A stretch of DNA of 64,000 bases from Thermoanaerobaculia bacterium (GCA_036380715.1 DASVEF010000255.1:6535-70534), one strand, 5' to 3'. Counted from the stretch's first letter, positions 26,347 to 36,931 are shown. The notes: generated by a model not told the origin, from the sequence alone. Translations and numbers: made by a program.

Positions 26347-26541
26347 ATGGATCACCGGCTGACGATGGTTTACTGGAAGGGCGAGAAGTTCTGGCTCGGC
26401 AAGCTGCTGGAGTATCCCGAGATCATGACCCAGGGCGAGACGCTGGAAGAGCTGGAGGAGAACCTCAAGGACGCTTACCGAGCCCTGGTCCTGGAGGACG
26501 TGCCCGAAGAGCATCACACCAAAGAAATCGCGGTGGTGTGA
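26347..26541 (+). CDS. hicB: HicB-family antitoxin
   Basis: AGGAGG lies 6 nt before the ATG at 26347. The 64-aa product (MDHRLTMVYWKGEKFWLGKLLEYPEIMTQGETLEELEENLKDAY) is typical of short HicB/UPF0150 antitoxins. Its stop overlaps the hicA start. Confidence 0.85.
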   Translation: MDHRLTMVYWKGEKFWLGKLLEYPEIMTQGETLEELEENLKDAYRALVLEDVPEEHHTKEIAVV

Positions 26542-26720
26542 AGAGAGCCGACCTCATCCGCGAGCTGTTGGCGCAAGGCTGCGTGCTCCACCGGCACGGT
26601 GGCCGCCACGACATCTATCTCAACCCAGCGAACGGAAAGAAGCAGCCTGTTCCTCGCCACAACGAGATCGACCCCGTTCTCGCTCGGCATATCAAGAAAT
26701 CCCTGGGACTGAAGCCCTAA
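26538..26720 (+). CDS. hicA: HicA-family mRNA interferase toxin
   Basis: GTG 26538 overlaps the hicB stop (GTGTGA). The 60-aa product is VKRADLIRELLAQGCVLHRHGGRHDIYLNPANGKKQPVPRHNEIDPVLARHIKKSLGL, the YcfA/HicA pattern. Confidence 0.85.
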   Translation: MKRADLIRELLAQGCVLHRHGGRHDIYLNPANGKKQPVPRHNEIDPVLARHIKKSLGLKP

Positions 26721-26744
26721 CCCTCTGGGACCAGAGAGACAGAA

Positions 26745-26770
26745 GCCCGGCGGCCTAGCGGCCGCCGGGC
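26745..26770. terminator. GC-rich hairpin between convergent genes
   Basis: GCCCGGCGGCC-TAGC-GGCCGCCGGGC is a perfect 11-bp stem. It lies between the hicA stop (26720) and the isoamylase stop (26788). Confidence 0.6.
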
Positions 26771-26787
26771 AGGGTTGAATCAGCGCC

Positions 26788-29394
<2,607 letters not shown>

Positions 29395-29580
29395 GGCTTG
29401 TCTCCTCGGGTGGACGATGGGACGGGTGGAGCTGGCGCGGAGGATCCGGCGAGAGGCCGCCAGCGACACCGATTGTACTGTACCGCTGCCGTCTTCCGGA
29501 GAGGTTTCTTCCACTTCTGCGCGAATGAGCGCCCGGGGGGGCCGGGTGGTGCCGGGCCGAGGGTCCGCCCGTGCGGGGCT

Positions 29581-29970
29581 TCACCGGCCGTCGGTACGCG
29601 GCGGTTTCGGGGCGTAGCCGACGGTTAGCAGGGCCATCCTCAGATGATAGGCGAGCCCTTGCAGGTGCTCGTCGAGCGCGCGGAGCATCGGATCCTTGTC
29701 CGGCTCGGATGTGGCCTCGGTCATGCGGGCGAAGGCCTGCTCCGACAGAAGCCTCTCCTTGCGGGCCCGCTGGCACTCCTCTTCGAGCACCTCGACGGTG
29801 ACGCCCAGCCCTTGGGCGATCCGCGCGAAGGTCCTGAGGTTTGGTGGCCGCTTTCCGTTCTCGTACAGGCTCCAGTTCGAAGGGCTGATGTTCGCCCTTG
29901 CCGCAACCACCTTCTGGGGGCGTTCGGCCCGCAGCTTCTTCATAGCTTTGCCCAGGTCTTTTGGATTCAT
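29581..29970 (-). CDS. XRE-family helix-turn-helix regulator
   Basis: ORF trimmed to the ATG at 29970. The HTH is KVVAARANISPSNWSLYENGKRPPNLRTFARIAQGLGVTVEVL. Confidence 0.8.
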   Translation of the reverse strand: MNPKDLGKAMKKLRAERPQKVVAARANISPSNWSLYENGKRPPNLRTFARIAQGLGVTVEVLEEECQRARKERLLSEQAFARMTEATSEPDKDPMLRALDEHLQGLAYHLRMALLTVGYAPKPPRTDGR

Positions 29971-30217
29971 CGCGGGAGCATCATAGGGAGGAATTTCCCG
30001 GAAGGCAAGCCAACTGAAAGAAAACAAAGAAGTTATGTCTCCCGAGCAGAAGAGTATGGAAAGGCGGAATGCGGAAGGCGAACAATGGCGTCTCGCGCCA
30101 TCAGTTTCTCGTCTTTACGGAAAAAACTTTGCGTCCGGCGCGGCCTCGCAGGTTGCGTGTTTGTCGCGGAAAGGAGCAACGGCCAGGACCGGCGGGCGAG
30201 ATTTGAGCAGGTAAAAA

Positions 30218-30300
30218 ATGGTGAACGACTATGCGGGAGTTGGAACACTATCATGGGCTGGCTGCGAGAGGTCAAGGCATGGAGGCAGGCTGCGGAGGTG
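30218..30300. repeat. Cassette-boundary repeat seg1, copy a (degenerate)
   Basis: ATGGTGAACGAC-TATGCGGGAGTTGGAAC...GGCAGGCTGCGGAGGTGG aligns with copies at 31287-31386, 32399-32488 and a partial copy at 33213-33243. It has a 1-nt deletion relative to the others. Confidence 0.7.
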
Positions 30301-30366
30301 GAAACGACACCTATGGAAGGCCGTCGACATGGCCGAAGTGAGGATCGGAGGAGATGAGATCCGCAC
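30301..30366 (-). pseudogene. 3'-terminal remnant of a vapC (PIN) gene
   Basis: The reverse strand reads ADLISSDPHFGHVDGLP-stop, near-identical in DNA to the last codons of the intact vapC at 32522-32586 (ADLISSDPHFGHIDVLPW). No PIN sequence continues upstream of it. Confidence 0.75.
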
Positions 30367-30727
30367 TTGACGGCAGCGGTCCCTATTCGCGGGGGTGCTG
30401 CGCCGGAGAGGCCGCGGCCTACCTGCTGCTCGGCCTCTTCGGAGGAGGAGGCGGCAGTCTCCTCGGGGAGGAGAGGGCTGGAAGTCTCGTCGACAGGGAT
30501 TGGGGCCGAGATGACTGACGCTGAACGGGCCGCCCTGGAGGGAACATCGGTCGGAGGAACCAAGTGGGCAGATCTTCTCTCATCGTCCTCTAGAGGCTAG
30601 CACTTGGTCGGCTGAGACAGCTACCCACCCGCGCTCCGGTCTCCCCCGACCCCACCCCTATCCCGTGTTCCAGGCGCGCAAACGAGCAGGAAAGGCACCT
30701 TGTTTACGGTGGGCTTATCCATCACCT

Positions 30728-31003
30728 ATGAAGGAGACCGCTTTGAATCTAGCGAAAAATTTTCTACGCAGCCGCCTGAGCCTACTTCTGGTACTCCTCG
30801 CCATCTTCGCTGTGACCCTTGCTATGTCTCAGCCTGCTGCCGTGGCTAGCTGCCCCGATGCCGCAAACGTGAGATACTACAGCGACGCTACATACACCAC
30901 GCAGGTCGGATACTGCTATCACAACTGTTGCGAGCTTTGGACCTGTACCGGAAAGCTGACAGACTATTACATTGTAAGAAAGCGGCCATGCGACTTTAAC
31001 TAA
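30728..31003 (+). CDS. Small secreted cysteine-rich protein (about 51-aa mature peptide with 6 Cys)
   Basis: ATG 30728 opens a signal peptide (MKETALNLAKNFLRSRLSLLLVLLAIFAVTLAMSQPAAVA). The mature part is SCPDAANVRYYSDATYTTQVGYCYHNCCELWTCTGKLTDYYIVRKRPCDFN. This is the most A/T-rich stretch of the window. No clear SD is present, and an alternative GTG lies at 30665. Confidence 0.65.
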   Translation: MKETALNLAKNFLRSRLSLLLVLLAIFAVTLAMSQPAAVASCPDAANVRYYSDATYTTQVGYCYHNCCELWTCTGKLTDYYIVRKRPCDFN

Positions 31004-31286
31004 CGAATACGTAGGGAAGTCTGAAGTACAGGCGGGGGTGGTCGCGTCAGGTCCTGCGGTAGTACAAGGATTGCTAGGCAGCCACCCCGCCTTCCCTTCA
31101 TCGTCTTTCCACGCGGGGTTTGGACCCTCCAACGCACCCCACCCAGAGCGACCCAACGCAATCCCGGCGGGGCGTCCGCAACGTCTTCGGCCTCCCCGGC
31201 GATCCCGAGTGCTCCTCACCTAACTCCTGCGCCGCATCGAGTTGGCTCCCGGCATAGTCTGCCTGGTCGAAGCCGCCCTCCAGGGT

Positions 31287-31386
31287 GGAGGAAATGGTGG
31301 ACCTGCTGCGCGGCAGTTGGAACTCCCTGCTGTCCTGGCTGCGGGAAGTCCAGGTATGGGGGCAAGGAGCCGAGGCAGAGGGGTAG
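31287..31386. repeat. Cassette-boundary repeat seg1, copy b
   Basis: GGAGGAAATGGTGGACCTGCTGCGCGGCAGTTGGAACTC... The first ~40 nt are identical to copy c (32399) and the rest is about 70 percent similar. It lies immediately 3' of the Rpn-type gene. Confidence 0.75.
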
Positions 31387-31398
31387 GGCTGACCGAGA

Positions 31399-32442
31399 TC
31401 AGTCCTTGAAGACGCCCTGGAGGCTCTCGGCAGTCAAGATGCGCTCGCTCCACCCCAGGAGGTGATCCGCATCCGCAGAGCGCACCCGATCCTCGATCTC
31501 GGGATCCAGGGGACCGAACTTCAAGCGGAGGAGCCGAAGCACCACCCGGGCTTCTCCCTCCTGGCGTCCTTCCTCGCGGATCTCGCGGTTCCAACGGTCA
31601 ATGCTGTCAGCCAACATGGTTTCGATCTCCTCCAGTGTGGAAGCGGCAGAGGCTTCCTCCTGGGACAATCCGAGGCGCGGTAGGATGAGCTTCCGCAGCC
31701 AGGTCTCGAAAGCTCGCCTCAAGGAGGCCTCGCCCGGCGGGATACTCTGCCGCAGCCGATGAACGCTCGAACGGACCTCCAACCAGTCGCGGCTCTTCTC
31801 GATGCGGAACAGGTCGGCCACCGGACTGTTCAGCGCTGCCAGTTCCTCGGGAGAGTAGACCGCCTCATTCACCAGCCGGTAGCGCAACTGCGGCCGGTAG
31901 ATCTCCGCCGAAGAATCGAGCTCGCCGATCATGGAACCGAGGTCCGTCGCGACGTTCCACGGCTCCCATCCATTGTAGACGACGACGGGGATGACCAGCG
32001 GCAGCTTCCTCCAGTCCGTCGCCGGTTGGCCGGCCATCAGACGCTGATAGAAGAGACTCACATAGCCCATGAGCCGGACCGGCATGGAGGGATCCGGTCG
32101 CGACTGGAACTCCAGGAGGATGTAGACGAAAACCGGCTCTCCGTCATGGCGCCGGAACTTCCAGATGACGTCGCTCTCGCGATTCTCGTGCTTGGGGGAG
32201 ACGAAGGAGGCGTCGACGCGCTCGCCCGAGCCGAGGTCGATGCGCTCCACCCACTGTTCGCCCACGATCTCTCGCAGGAGATCCTGGATCATGCGCCGGT
32301 GTGCGAAGAAGAGCCGGTAGCTGAGGTCGTGTTGTCCCACGATTTTCCCGGGCGCGACTCTACCACGGGATCTCCTGGAACGACACAAATTTCTTGAAAG
32401 GAGGATGGTGGACCTGCTGCGCGGCAGTTGGAACTCTATCAC
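31399..32442 (-). CDS. Rpn-family recombination-promoting nuclease / putative transposase (PD-(D/E)XK, YhgA-like) with DUF4351-type C-terminus
   Basis: HDLSYRLFFAHRRMIQDLLREIV..ESDVIWKFRRHDGEPVFVYILLEFQSRPDPSMPVRLMGY matches the YhgA-like nuclease core. The C-terminus (EEGRQEGEARVVLRLLRLKFGPLDPEIEDRVRS) is DUF4351-like. The true start is uncertain: GTG 32442, or an internal GTG before GQHDLSY. Confidence 0.8.
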   Translation of the reverse strand: MIEFQLPRSRSTILLSRNLCRSRRSRGRVAPGKIVGQHDLSYRLFFAHRRMIQDLLREIVGEQWVERIDLGSGERVDASFVSPKHENRESDVIWKFRRHDGEPVFVYILLEFQSRPDPSMPVRLMGYVSLFYQRLMAGQPATDWRKLPLVIPVVVYNGWEPWNVATDLGSMIGELDSSAEIYRPQLRYRLVNEAVYSPEELAALNSPVADLFRIEKSRDWLEVRSSVHRLRQSIPPGEASLRRAFETWLRKLILPRLGLSQEEASAASTLEEIETMLADSIDRWNREIREEGRQEGEARVVLRLLRLKFGPLDPEIEDRVRSADADHLLGWSERILTAESLQGVFKD

Positions 32443-32488
32443 CGCATGGCTGCGTGAGGTCCAGGCCTGGGGGCAGGCTGCGGAGGTG
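32399..32488. repeat. Cassette-boundary repeat seg1, copy c
   Basis: AAGGAGGATGGTGGACCTGCTGCGCGGCAGTTGGAACTC...GGCAGGCTGCGGAGGTGG. It lies between the vapC stop (32512) and the Rpn-type gene and overlaps the 5' extension of the latter ORF. Confidence 0.75.
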
Positions 32489-32511
32489 GGTGGGGGATGG
32501 GTTGGGTGTGT

Positions 32512-32910
32512 TCAGACAGCCGGAAACGACACCCATGGAAGGACGTCAATATGGCCGAAGTGAGGATCGGAGGAGATGAGATCTGCGCTTACTTCCATCG
32601 CGTGTGCCGCAATCCAGATGTCGTTCGTCGGGATGGGCCGCCCCTTCTTCCGCAATGCGGCGGAAATGCGCCCGAACAGGTCGGCGGTATCCCAGGTGAC
32701 CGGCAGCAGGCGAACGTGCGGATCTTCGAGGAAGGACCTGAGCGCCCGGGCGTTCTCCTCATAACGAGAGCCGTTCCGGAAGCCGAACAGCAGCTCCCCT
32801 ACGACAACGATCGACAAGAGCACCTCTTCCGCGCTCCTCACTTGCTCGGCGACGAGCTCGTGACCCTGCAGTAAGGCCGAGTAGGCGTTGGTATCGAGAA
32901 GGACTTTCAC
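32512..32910 (-). CDS. vapC: PIN-domain toxin VapC
   Basis: GTG 32910 overlaps the antitoxin stop (GTGA). The sequence MKVLLDTNAYSALL..VVGELLFG..NDIWIAAHAMEVSADLISSDPHF carries the PIN acidic residues (D6, E, D, D). Confidence 0.9.
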   Translation of the reverse strand: MKVLLDTNAYSALLQGHELVAEQVRSAEEVLLSIVVVGELLFGFRNGSRYEENARALRSFLEDPHVRLLPVTWDTADLFGRISAALRKKGRPIPTNDIWIAAHAMEVSADLISSDPHFGHIDVLPWVSFPAV

Positions 32911-33248
32911 TGCCAGAAGGATTCGTCGACCTGCTCGAAGATCTCGACGGCCTTGAGGACTTCGGCTCCCTGTTCCGCCGACCAGGTGCCGATGAAGCGA
33001 TCCAGGGCATGGCCGATCGCTTTGGACGGCTCGGAGGAGCCCCGATCCTCTTGTCCTTCTTGGCGAACGAGCATCAGGCGCACTGTCCGACCGCCAGTGC
33101 TCGTGATGACGACCTCCTGCCCAGCGGCTGCCTCCTCAATCAGCTCGCCGAGATGTCCTTCTGCTTCCTTGAGGCTGACCTTGATCACGGGATGAGGATA
33201 CCACTCCTGTACAGGTCCAAGACAGGCTGCGGAGGCGGGTAGTATCAA
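32907..33248 (-). CDS. Type II antitoxin (Phd/YefM-like) of the vapC module
   Basis: IKVSLKEAEGHLGELIEEAAAGQEVVITSTGGRTVRLM is a Phd/YefM-type N-terminus. It overlaps the vapC start by 4 nt. The ORF begins at TTG 33248, but GTG 33188 (VIKVSL) is the more likely start. Confidence 0.8.
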   Translation of the reverse strand: MILPASAACLGPVQEWYPHPVIKVSLKEAEGHLGELIEEAAAGQEVVITSTGGRTVRLMLVRQEGQEDRGSSEPSKAIGHALDRFIGTWSAEQGAEVLKAVEIFEQVDESFWQ

Positions 33249-33306
33249 GAAGAGGCGCCGATGCCTCCCCAGGAGGCGGCGATAAGTGTCTTTTAGAGGA
33301 TATTGA

Positions 33307-33382
33307 TGGTGGAGCAGAAGGGATTCGAACCCTCGACCCCCACGTTGCGAACGTGGTGCTCTCCCAGCTGAGCTACTGCCCC
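33307..33382 (-). tRNA. tRNA-Ala: tRNA-Ala (anticodon CGC), CCA encoded
   Basis: The reverse strand reads GGGGCAGTAGCTCAGCTGGGAGAGCACCACGTTCGCAACGTGGGGGTCGAGGGTTCGAATCCCTTCTGCTCCACCA. It folds as a cloverleaf with a 7-bp acceptor stem including the G3:U70 alanine identity pair, anticodon loop TTCGCAA and T-loop TTCGAAT. Confidence 0.93.
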
Positions 33383-33425
33383 ACGGGTGCGGGAGGGCAG
33401 TATTGTACTTGCCGATCCCCGGGTG

Positions 33426-34709
33426 TCAAACAATTTGCGGGGCGTTTTCCTTCCGCTCCGCGATCAGCTCCGCCAGCGTGAGGCCGTCCAGCCGGTCGGC
33501 GCGGCACGTGGCGACGGTACCGACCAGCTCTTCCAGGCGTCCCGTCAGCTCTCCCCCCACCAGCTCGACGCCGCGCAGGGCGCGGTGGTCGTAGGCCTGG
33601 AGGACCTTCTCGACCGGCAGGCCGTGCGGGTCCGCGGCGAGCAGGTAGCCGCGGTCGTCCACGACGCGCAGCAGGTCGTGAGTGAGCAGCGGATGGAGGA
33701 TGCGCTCCAGCTCCCGCAGCGGGAGGCTCATGCGGGTGGCGAGCGCTTCGCGGGAGAGCACCGGCTCGCCGCGCGCAAAGCGCCGCGCGATCAGGGCGAG
33801 CGCGGCCAGGCCCACCCAGGCCGCCTGCACCGGCGGGTTGCGATGGTGGCCGCGCGCCAGGAGCCCGAAGTGCTGGGCGGTGTACGCGGCCTCGCTCCCC
33901 AACAGGATGATCATCCAGGTCAGCTCGATGGAGATCATGAAGAGGAGGGCGAGCGCGAAGCTGCCGTAGACCACGTTGACTCCCCGGAACAGCTCGACGT
34001 AGGAGCCGAAGCCCTGGCGCAGGATCTCCAGGAGGATCGCGGCCAGGAGCCCTCCGGCCAGTGCATTGCGCAGACGCACCACGGTGTAGGGGACCAGCCA
34101 GTAGAGGATCGTCAATCCCACGACGGTGGCCAGGAAGGGAGCGATGCTCAGCAGGAACGATTCTTCCACGAGCCGACGCAGCGCCGGGCTTTGGCGCAGC
34201 AAGATCAGGCTCGTGAAGGTGGCTCCCACGACCAGCGGCCCCCAGAAGAGGAGCAGGGCGAACGACAGCAACCGCACTTTGAACGGCCGCCGGCCCGACA
34301 CGTTCCAGATCCGGTTCAGGGTCTCCTCGACGGTGGCGAAGAGGAGCAGGGTGGAGGCGAAGAAAGCGAACAGCCCGAAGCCGTGGATGGTCTCGGCCTG
34401 GTCCAGGAACTCGGCGATCTTGTCGGTCACCGTCTCGTCGGAGTAGGGGAGGATCTGGACGAAGACCTCCAGGCTTCTCTGATGGTATTGGCTGAAAACC
34501 CGCGCTCCCACGTACGAGAAGGCGGTGAGCAGCGGGATCAGCGACAGGATGGTGACGAAGGCGAGCGCCGACGCGGTCAGCCAGACCGAGTCCTCGTTCG
34601 CCTGCCGGAAGGTGGTCGCCAGGTAGCGGGCGAGCTTGAGCCCGAAGGAGAGCGACCGGGGGTCGCCGCGGCCGGCCTGGGCGGCCGGCGCGCTCGGCGT
34701 GCTCACCAT
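33426..34709 (-). CDS. YihY/BrkB-family membrane protein with C-terminal winged-helix-like extension
   Basis: This is the part of ORF 33426..36233 that starts at ATG 34709 (MVSTPSAPAAQ). YihY blocks are WLTASALAFVTILSLIPLL and VVYGSFALALLFMISIELTWMIILLG. It overlaps the stop of the upstream gene by 7 nt. Confidence 0.85.
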   Translation of the reverse strand: MVSTPSAPAAQAGRGDPRSLSFGLKLARYLATTFRQANEDSVWLTASALAFVTILSLIPLLTAFSYVGARVFSQYHQRSLEVFVQILPYSDETVTDKIAEFLDQAETIHGFGLFAFFASTLLLFATVEETLNRIWNVSGRRPFKVRLLSFALLLFWGPLVVGATFTSLILLRQSPALRRLVEESFLLSIAPFLATVVGLTILYWLVPYTVVRLRNALAGGLLAAILLEILRQGFGSYVELFRGVNVVYGSFALALLFMISIELTWMIILLGSEAAYTAQHFGLLARGHHRNPPVQAAWVGLAALALIARRFARGEPVLSREALATRMSLPLRELERILHPLLTHDLLRVVDDRGYLLAADPHGLPVEKVLQAYDHRALRGVELVGGELTGRLEELVGTVATCRADRLDGLTLAELIAERKENAPQIV

Positions 34710-36100
34710 GGCACCGAATCCCCGGTCAGCGGCAGGACCGGACGGGGCCAGCCCGCCATTTCGGCAATGGACACGGAGAGGGCCTTGCGCGCCGCGTCTT
34801 CGCCGTGATTGAGGAAGATCCGCCGCGGCGCTCCCGGAAGCGCCTGGCACCAGCGCAGCAGCTCCTCCCGGTCGGCGTGGGCGGAGAGGCCGTGGAGCTG
34901 GTGGATGTGGGCGCGCACCCAGACGGTGTGGCCGTGGATGGCCACGGTCTCGGCGCCGTCGGCCAGAGCCCGGCCGCGGGTGCCGGCGGCCTGGTAGCCC
35001 ACCAGCACGACCGAGCTGCGCCGGTCGCCCAGCCGGTGCAGGAGGTGATGGACCACCCGCCCGCCCGCCGCCATGCCGCTGGAGGCCACGATCACCGCCG
35101 GTTCGCCGCGCGAGTTCAGCCGCTTCGACTGGTCGACCGTGCGGCAGCGCTGGAACCGGCTGGCGGCGAGCGGATCGGTCGGACCGCCGACGAGCGCCGC
35201 CAGGTCTTCGTCGTGCTCGGCCTCGGCGCGGCTGTAGATCTCGGTGGCGTCGATGGCCATCGGGCTGTCCAGGAAGACCGCCTCCGGATCGAGCCTCCCC
35301 TGCTCGGCCAGGGCGGAGAGGTGGTAGAGGACCTCCTGGGTGCGGCCGAGGGCGAAAGAGGGGATGATCACCATGCCGCCGCGGTCGAACGTCTCTTCGA
35401 TGATCCGCCCCAGGGCCTGCGCCGCGTCCTCTACGGCATGCGTCCGGTCCCCGTAGGTCGACTCGAGCAGCAGGGCGTCGGGCGTCTCCAGCGGCGGCTC
35501 CGGATCCTTGAGGATCGGCACTCCGTAGCGCCCCACGTCCCCCGAGAAGCACCAGCTCCTCCGCTCGCCGTCCGACCCCTTGGCCGAGACCTCGACGCTG
35601 GCCGCCCCCAGGAGATGGCCGGCGCGCCGGAAGCGGAAGCGCACGCCGGGGAAGAGCTCGTGATCGTGGTCGAACGGCAGCGGCCGGAGCAGCTTGAGCG
35701 TGCGCCGAACGTCGTCGGACGTGTAGAGGGGCTTCGGCTCGGCGTGCCGGCTGTACCCCTTCCGCAAGGCGTAGCGGTGCTCTTCCTCCTGGATCTCGCC
35801 GGCGTCCTGCAGGACCAGCGAAATCAGGGCGCGGCTGGGAGCCGTGCAGTAGACCGGGCCGGAGAACCCCGCGGCCACCAGGCGCGGGAGGAGGCCGGTG
35901 TGATCCAGATGGGCGTGGGTGAGGAGGACCGCTCCCAGCTCCGCCGGGCGGAACGGGAAGGGGCTCCAGTTGCGCTGCTCCAGCTCCTCGCCTCCCTGGT
36001 ACATCCCGCAGTCGACCAGCGCGCTGTTGCCCCCCCAGGCGAGATGGGTGGAGCTGCCGGTGACGCAGCCATACGCTCCGAGAAAAGTGACGGTTGCCAT
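34703..36100 (-). CDS. MBL-fold beta-CASP family hydrolase (RNA-metabolising metallo-beta-lactamase)
   Basis: MATVTFLGAYGCVTGS..LLTHAHLDHTG (HxHxDH), beta-CASP motifs (ESTYGDR, SAHAD) and a C-terminal RMMBL-like region. Confidence 0.9.
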   Translation of the reverse strand: MATVTFLGAYGCVTGSSTHLAWGGNSALVDCGMYQGGEELEQRNWSPFPFRPAELGAVLLTHAHLDHTGLLPRLVAAGFSGPVYCTAPSRALISLVLQDAGEIQEEEHRYALRKGYSRHAEPKPLYTSDDVRRTLKLLRPLPFDHDHELFPGVRFRFRRAGHLLGAASVEVSAKGSDGERRSWCFSGDVGRYGVPILKDPEPPLETPDALLLESTYGDRTHAVEDAAQALGRIIEETFDRGGMVIIPSFALGRTQEVLYHLSALAEQGRLDPEAVFLDSPMAIDATEIYSRAEAEHDEDLAALVGGPTDPLAASRFQRCRTVDQSKRLNSRGEPAVIVASSGMAAGGRVVHHLLHRLGDRRSSVVLVGYQAAGTRGRALADGAETVAIHGHTVWVRAHIHQLHGLSAHADREELLRWCQALPGAPRRIFLNHGEDAARKALSVSIAEMAGWPRPVLPLTGDSVPW

Positions 36101-36231
36101 GCCGCAAGGTTATCCCTGGAGGCACGATTTCTGCTACAACAGAGAGCGCAGCTCCCGGAGAAGGCCGGCGGAGGAGCCGGCCCTCCATCCCGTTGATCCG
36201 TCGTATCTCTACTAAGATATTGGAGGCAGCC

Positions 36232-36591
36232 ATGGCCGAAACAGAGGAAACCGGAGCGTCGGGGAATGCCGAAACGGCGCGCGAAGGTGACGCGGACCGG
36301 GTGGTCTCGGCACGTCAGCGGTTTCAGAGGATCTCGGAGGACGTCCGGCGCGGCGCCGAGCGCGCTTCCGGCGAGATCCGGCGCGGCGCCGAGGTGGCCC
36401 GCGGACGCTACGAGGAGGCCGCCGAGAGCGCGCGGGAGGGGTACGACAAGGTGCGGCAGAACGCCGGCCAGGTTTCCCGCGAGGTGGGGTTCTTCGTGCG
36501 GGACAACCCGGGCAAGGCGGTGCTGATCGCTGCCGGGGTCGGGTTCCTGCTCGGCCTGCTCATGCGCCGCGGCGGCGACTACGAGGAATAG
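36232..36591 (+). CDS. DUF883 (ElaB/YqjD-like) tail-anchored protein
   Basis: GGAGG precedes the ATG at 36232. The body is charged and helical, with the characteristic C-terminal anchor NPGKAVLIAAGVGFLLGLLMRR. Confidence 0.8.
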   Translation: MAETEETGASGNAETAREGDADRVVSARQRFQRISEDVRRGAERASGEIRRGAEVARGRYEEAAESAREGYDKVRQNAGQVSREVGFFVRDNPGKAVLIAAGVGFLLGLLMRRGGDYEE

Positions 36592-36663
36592 GTCATGCAT
36601 AGGGCCTGGGGACGGCATCCCGTCCCGGGCCGCTTGGACGAGACGGGGAAGGAGGATCAGACC

Positions 36664-36918
36664 ATGGAAGACTTCGTAGACGAGAACGCGCAGCATCCCT
36701 CCAGGCTCGACGACATTCTGGACGATCTCCTGCCGGAAGGGCTGGACTGGGAGCGGCTGGTCCGCACCTATCCGATTCCGGCTCTGGCAGTGGCGGCGGT
36801 CGGCGGGTTCCTGCTCGGGCGCAGCCACGGCCCGGCGATCCTCACCGCGATCTCCAGCTACGCCACGGCCGAGGTATCGAGGAACGTGAGCGAGCTGTTC
36901 GGGCAGGAGATCGGATAG
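36664..36918 (+). CDS. Small membrane protein (84 aa), unknown function
   Basis: ORF 36595..36918 trimmed to ATG 36664, which follows GGAAGGAGGA. It has one TM helix (YPIPALAVAAVGGFLLG). Confidence 0.6.
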   Translation: MEDFVDENAQHPSRLDDILDDLLPEGLDWERLVRTYPIPALAVAAVGGFLLGRSHGPAILTAISSYATAEVSRNVSELFGQEIG

Positions 36919-36931
36919 TCTCCCGGGGCGC

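Noticed and set aside
30033-30727. ORFs in the spacer between the XRE gene and the Cys-rich peptide gene (30033..30563 minus, 30367..30600 plus, 29644..30357 plus).
   Set aside because: They have no motifs, show mixed composition, overlap the seg1 repeat and the vapC remnant, and have no credible ribosome-binding sites. I treat this region as decayed cassette DNA.
32405-32563. A small ORF starting in the seg1 repeat (MVDLLRGSWNSITAWLREVQAWGQAAEV..), with a 30-aa counterpart at 31294.
   Set aside because: The AGGAGG abuts the ATG with no spacer. Copy a (30218) carries a frameshift. The ORF in copy c runs antisense through the vapC 3' end. The downstream halves of the copies diverge in a non-codon-like way. 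I kept it as a DNA repeat rather than a gene, although a conserved micro-peptide cannot be excluded.
29520-33306. Interpreting the cassette patch as an integron array or a classical tRNA-integrated genomic island.
   Set aside because: There is no integrase (IntI or tyrosine/serine recombinase) in the window. seg1 lacks the paired RYYYAAC / GTTRRRY cores of attC sites; GTTGGAA is only a near miss with no inverted partner. I found no direct repeat of the tRNA-Ala 3' end at the far boundary.
33426-36233. A 935-aa ORF spanning the YihY gene and the region opposite the beta-CASP gene.
   Set aside because: Only the C-terminal 427 aa (from ATG 34709) look like a real protein (YihY/BrkB). The N-terminal 500 aa are an Arg/Pro/Gly-rich off-frame reading of the beta-CASP gene, which has its own clean ORF (34703..36100).
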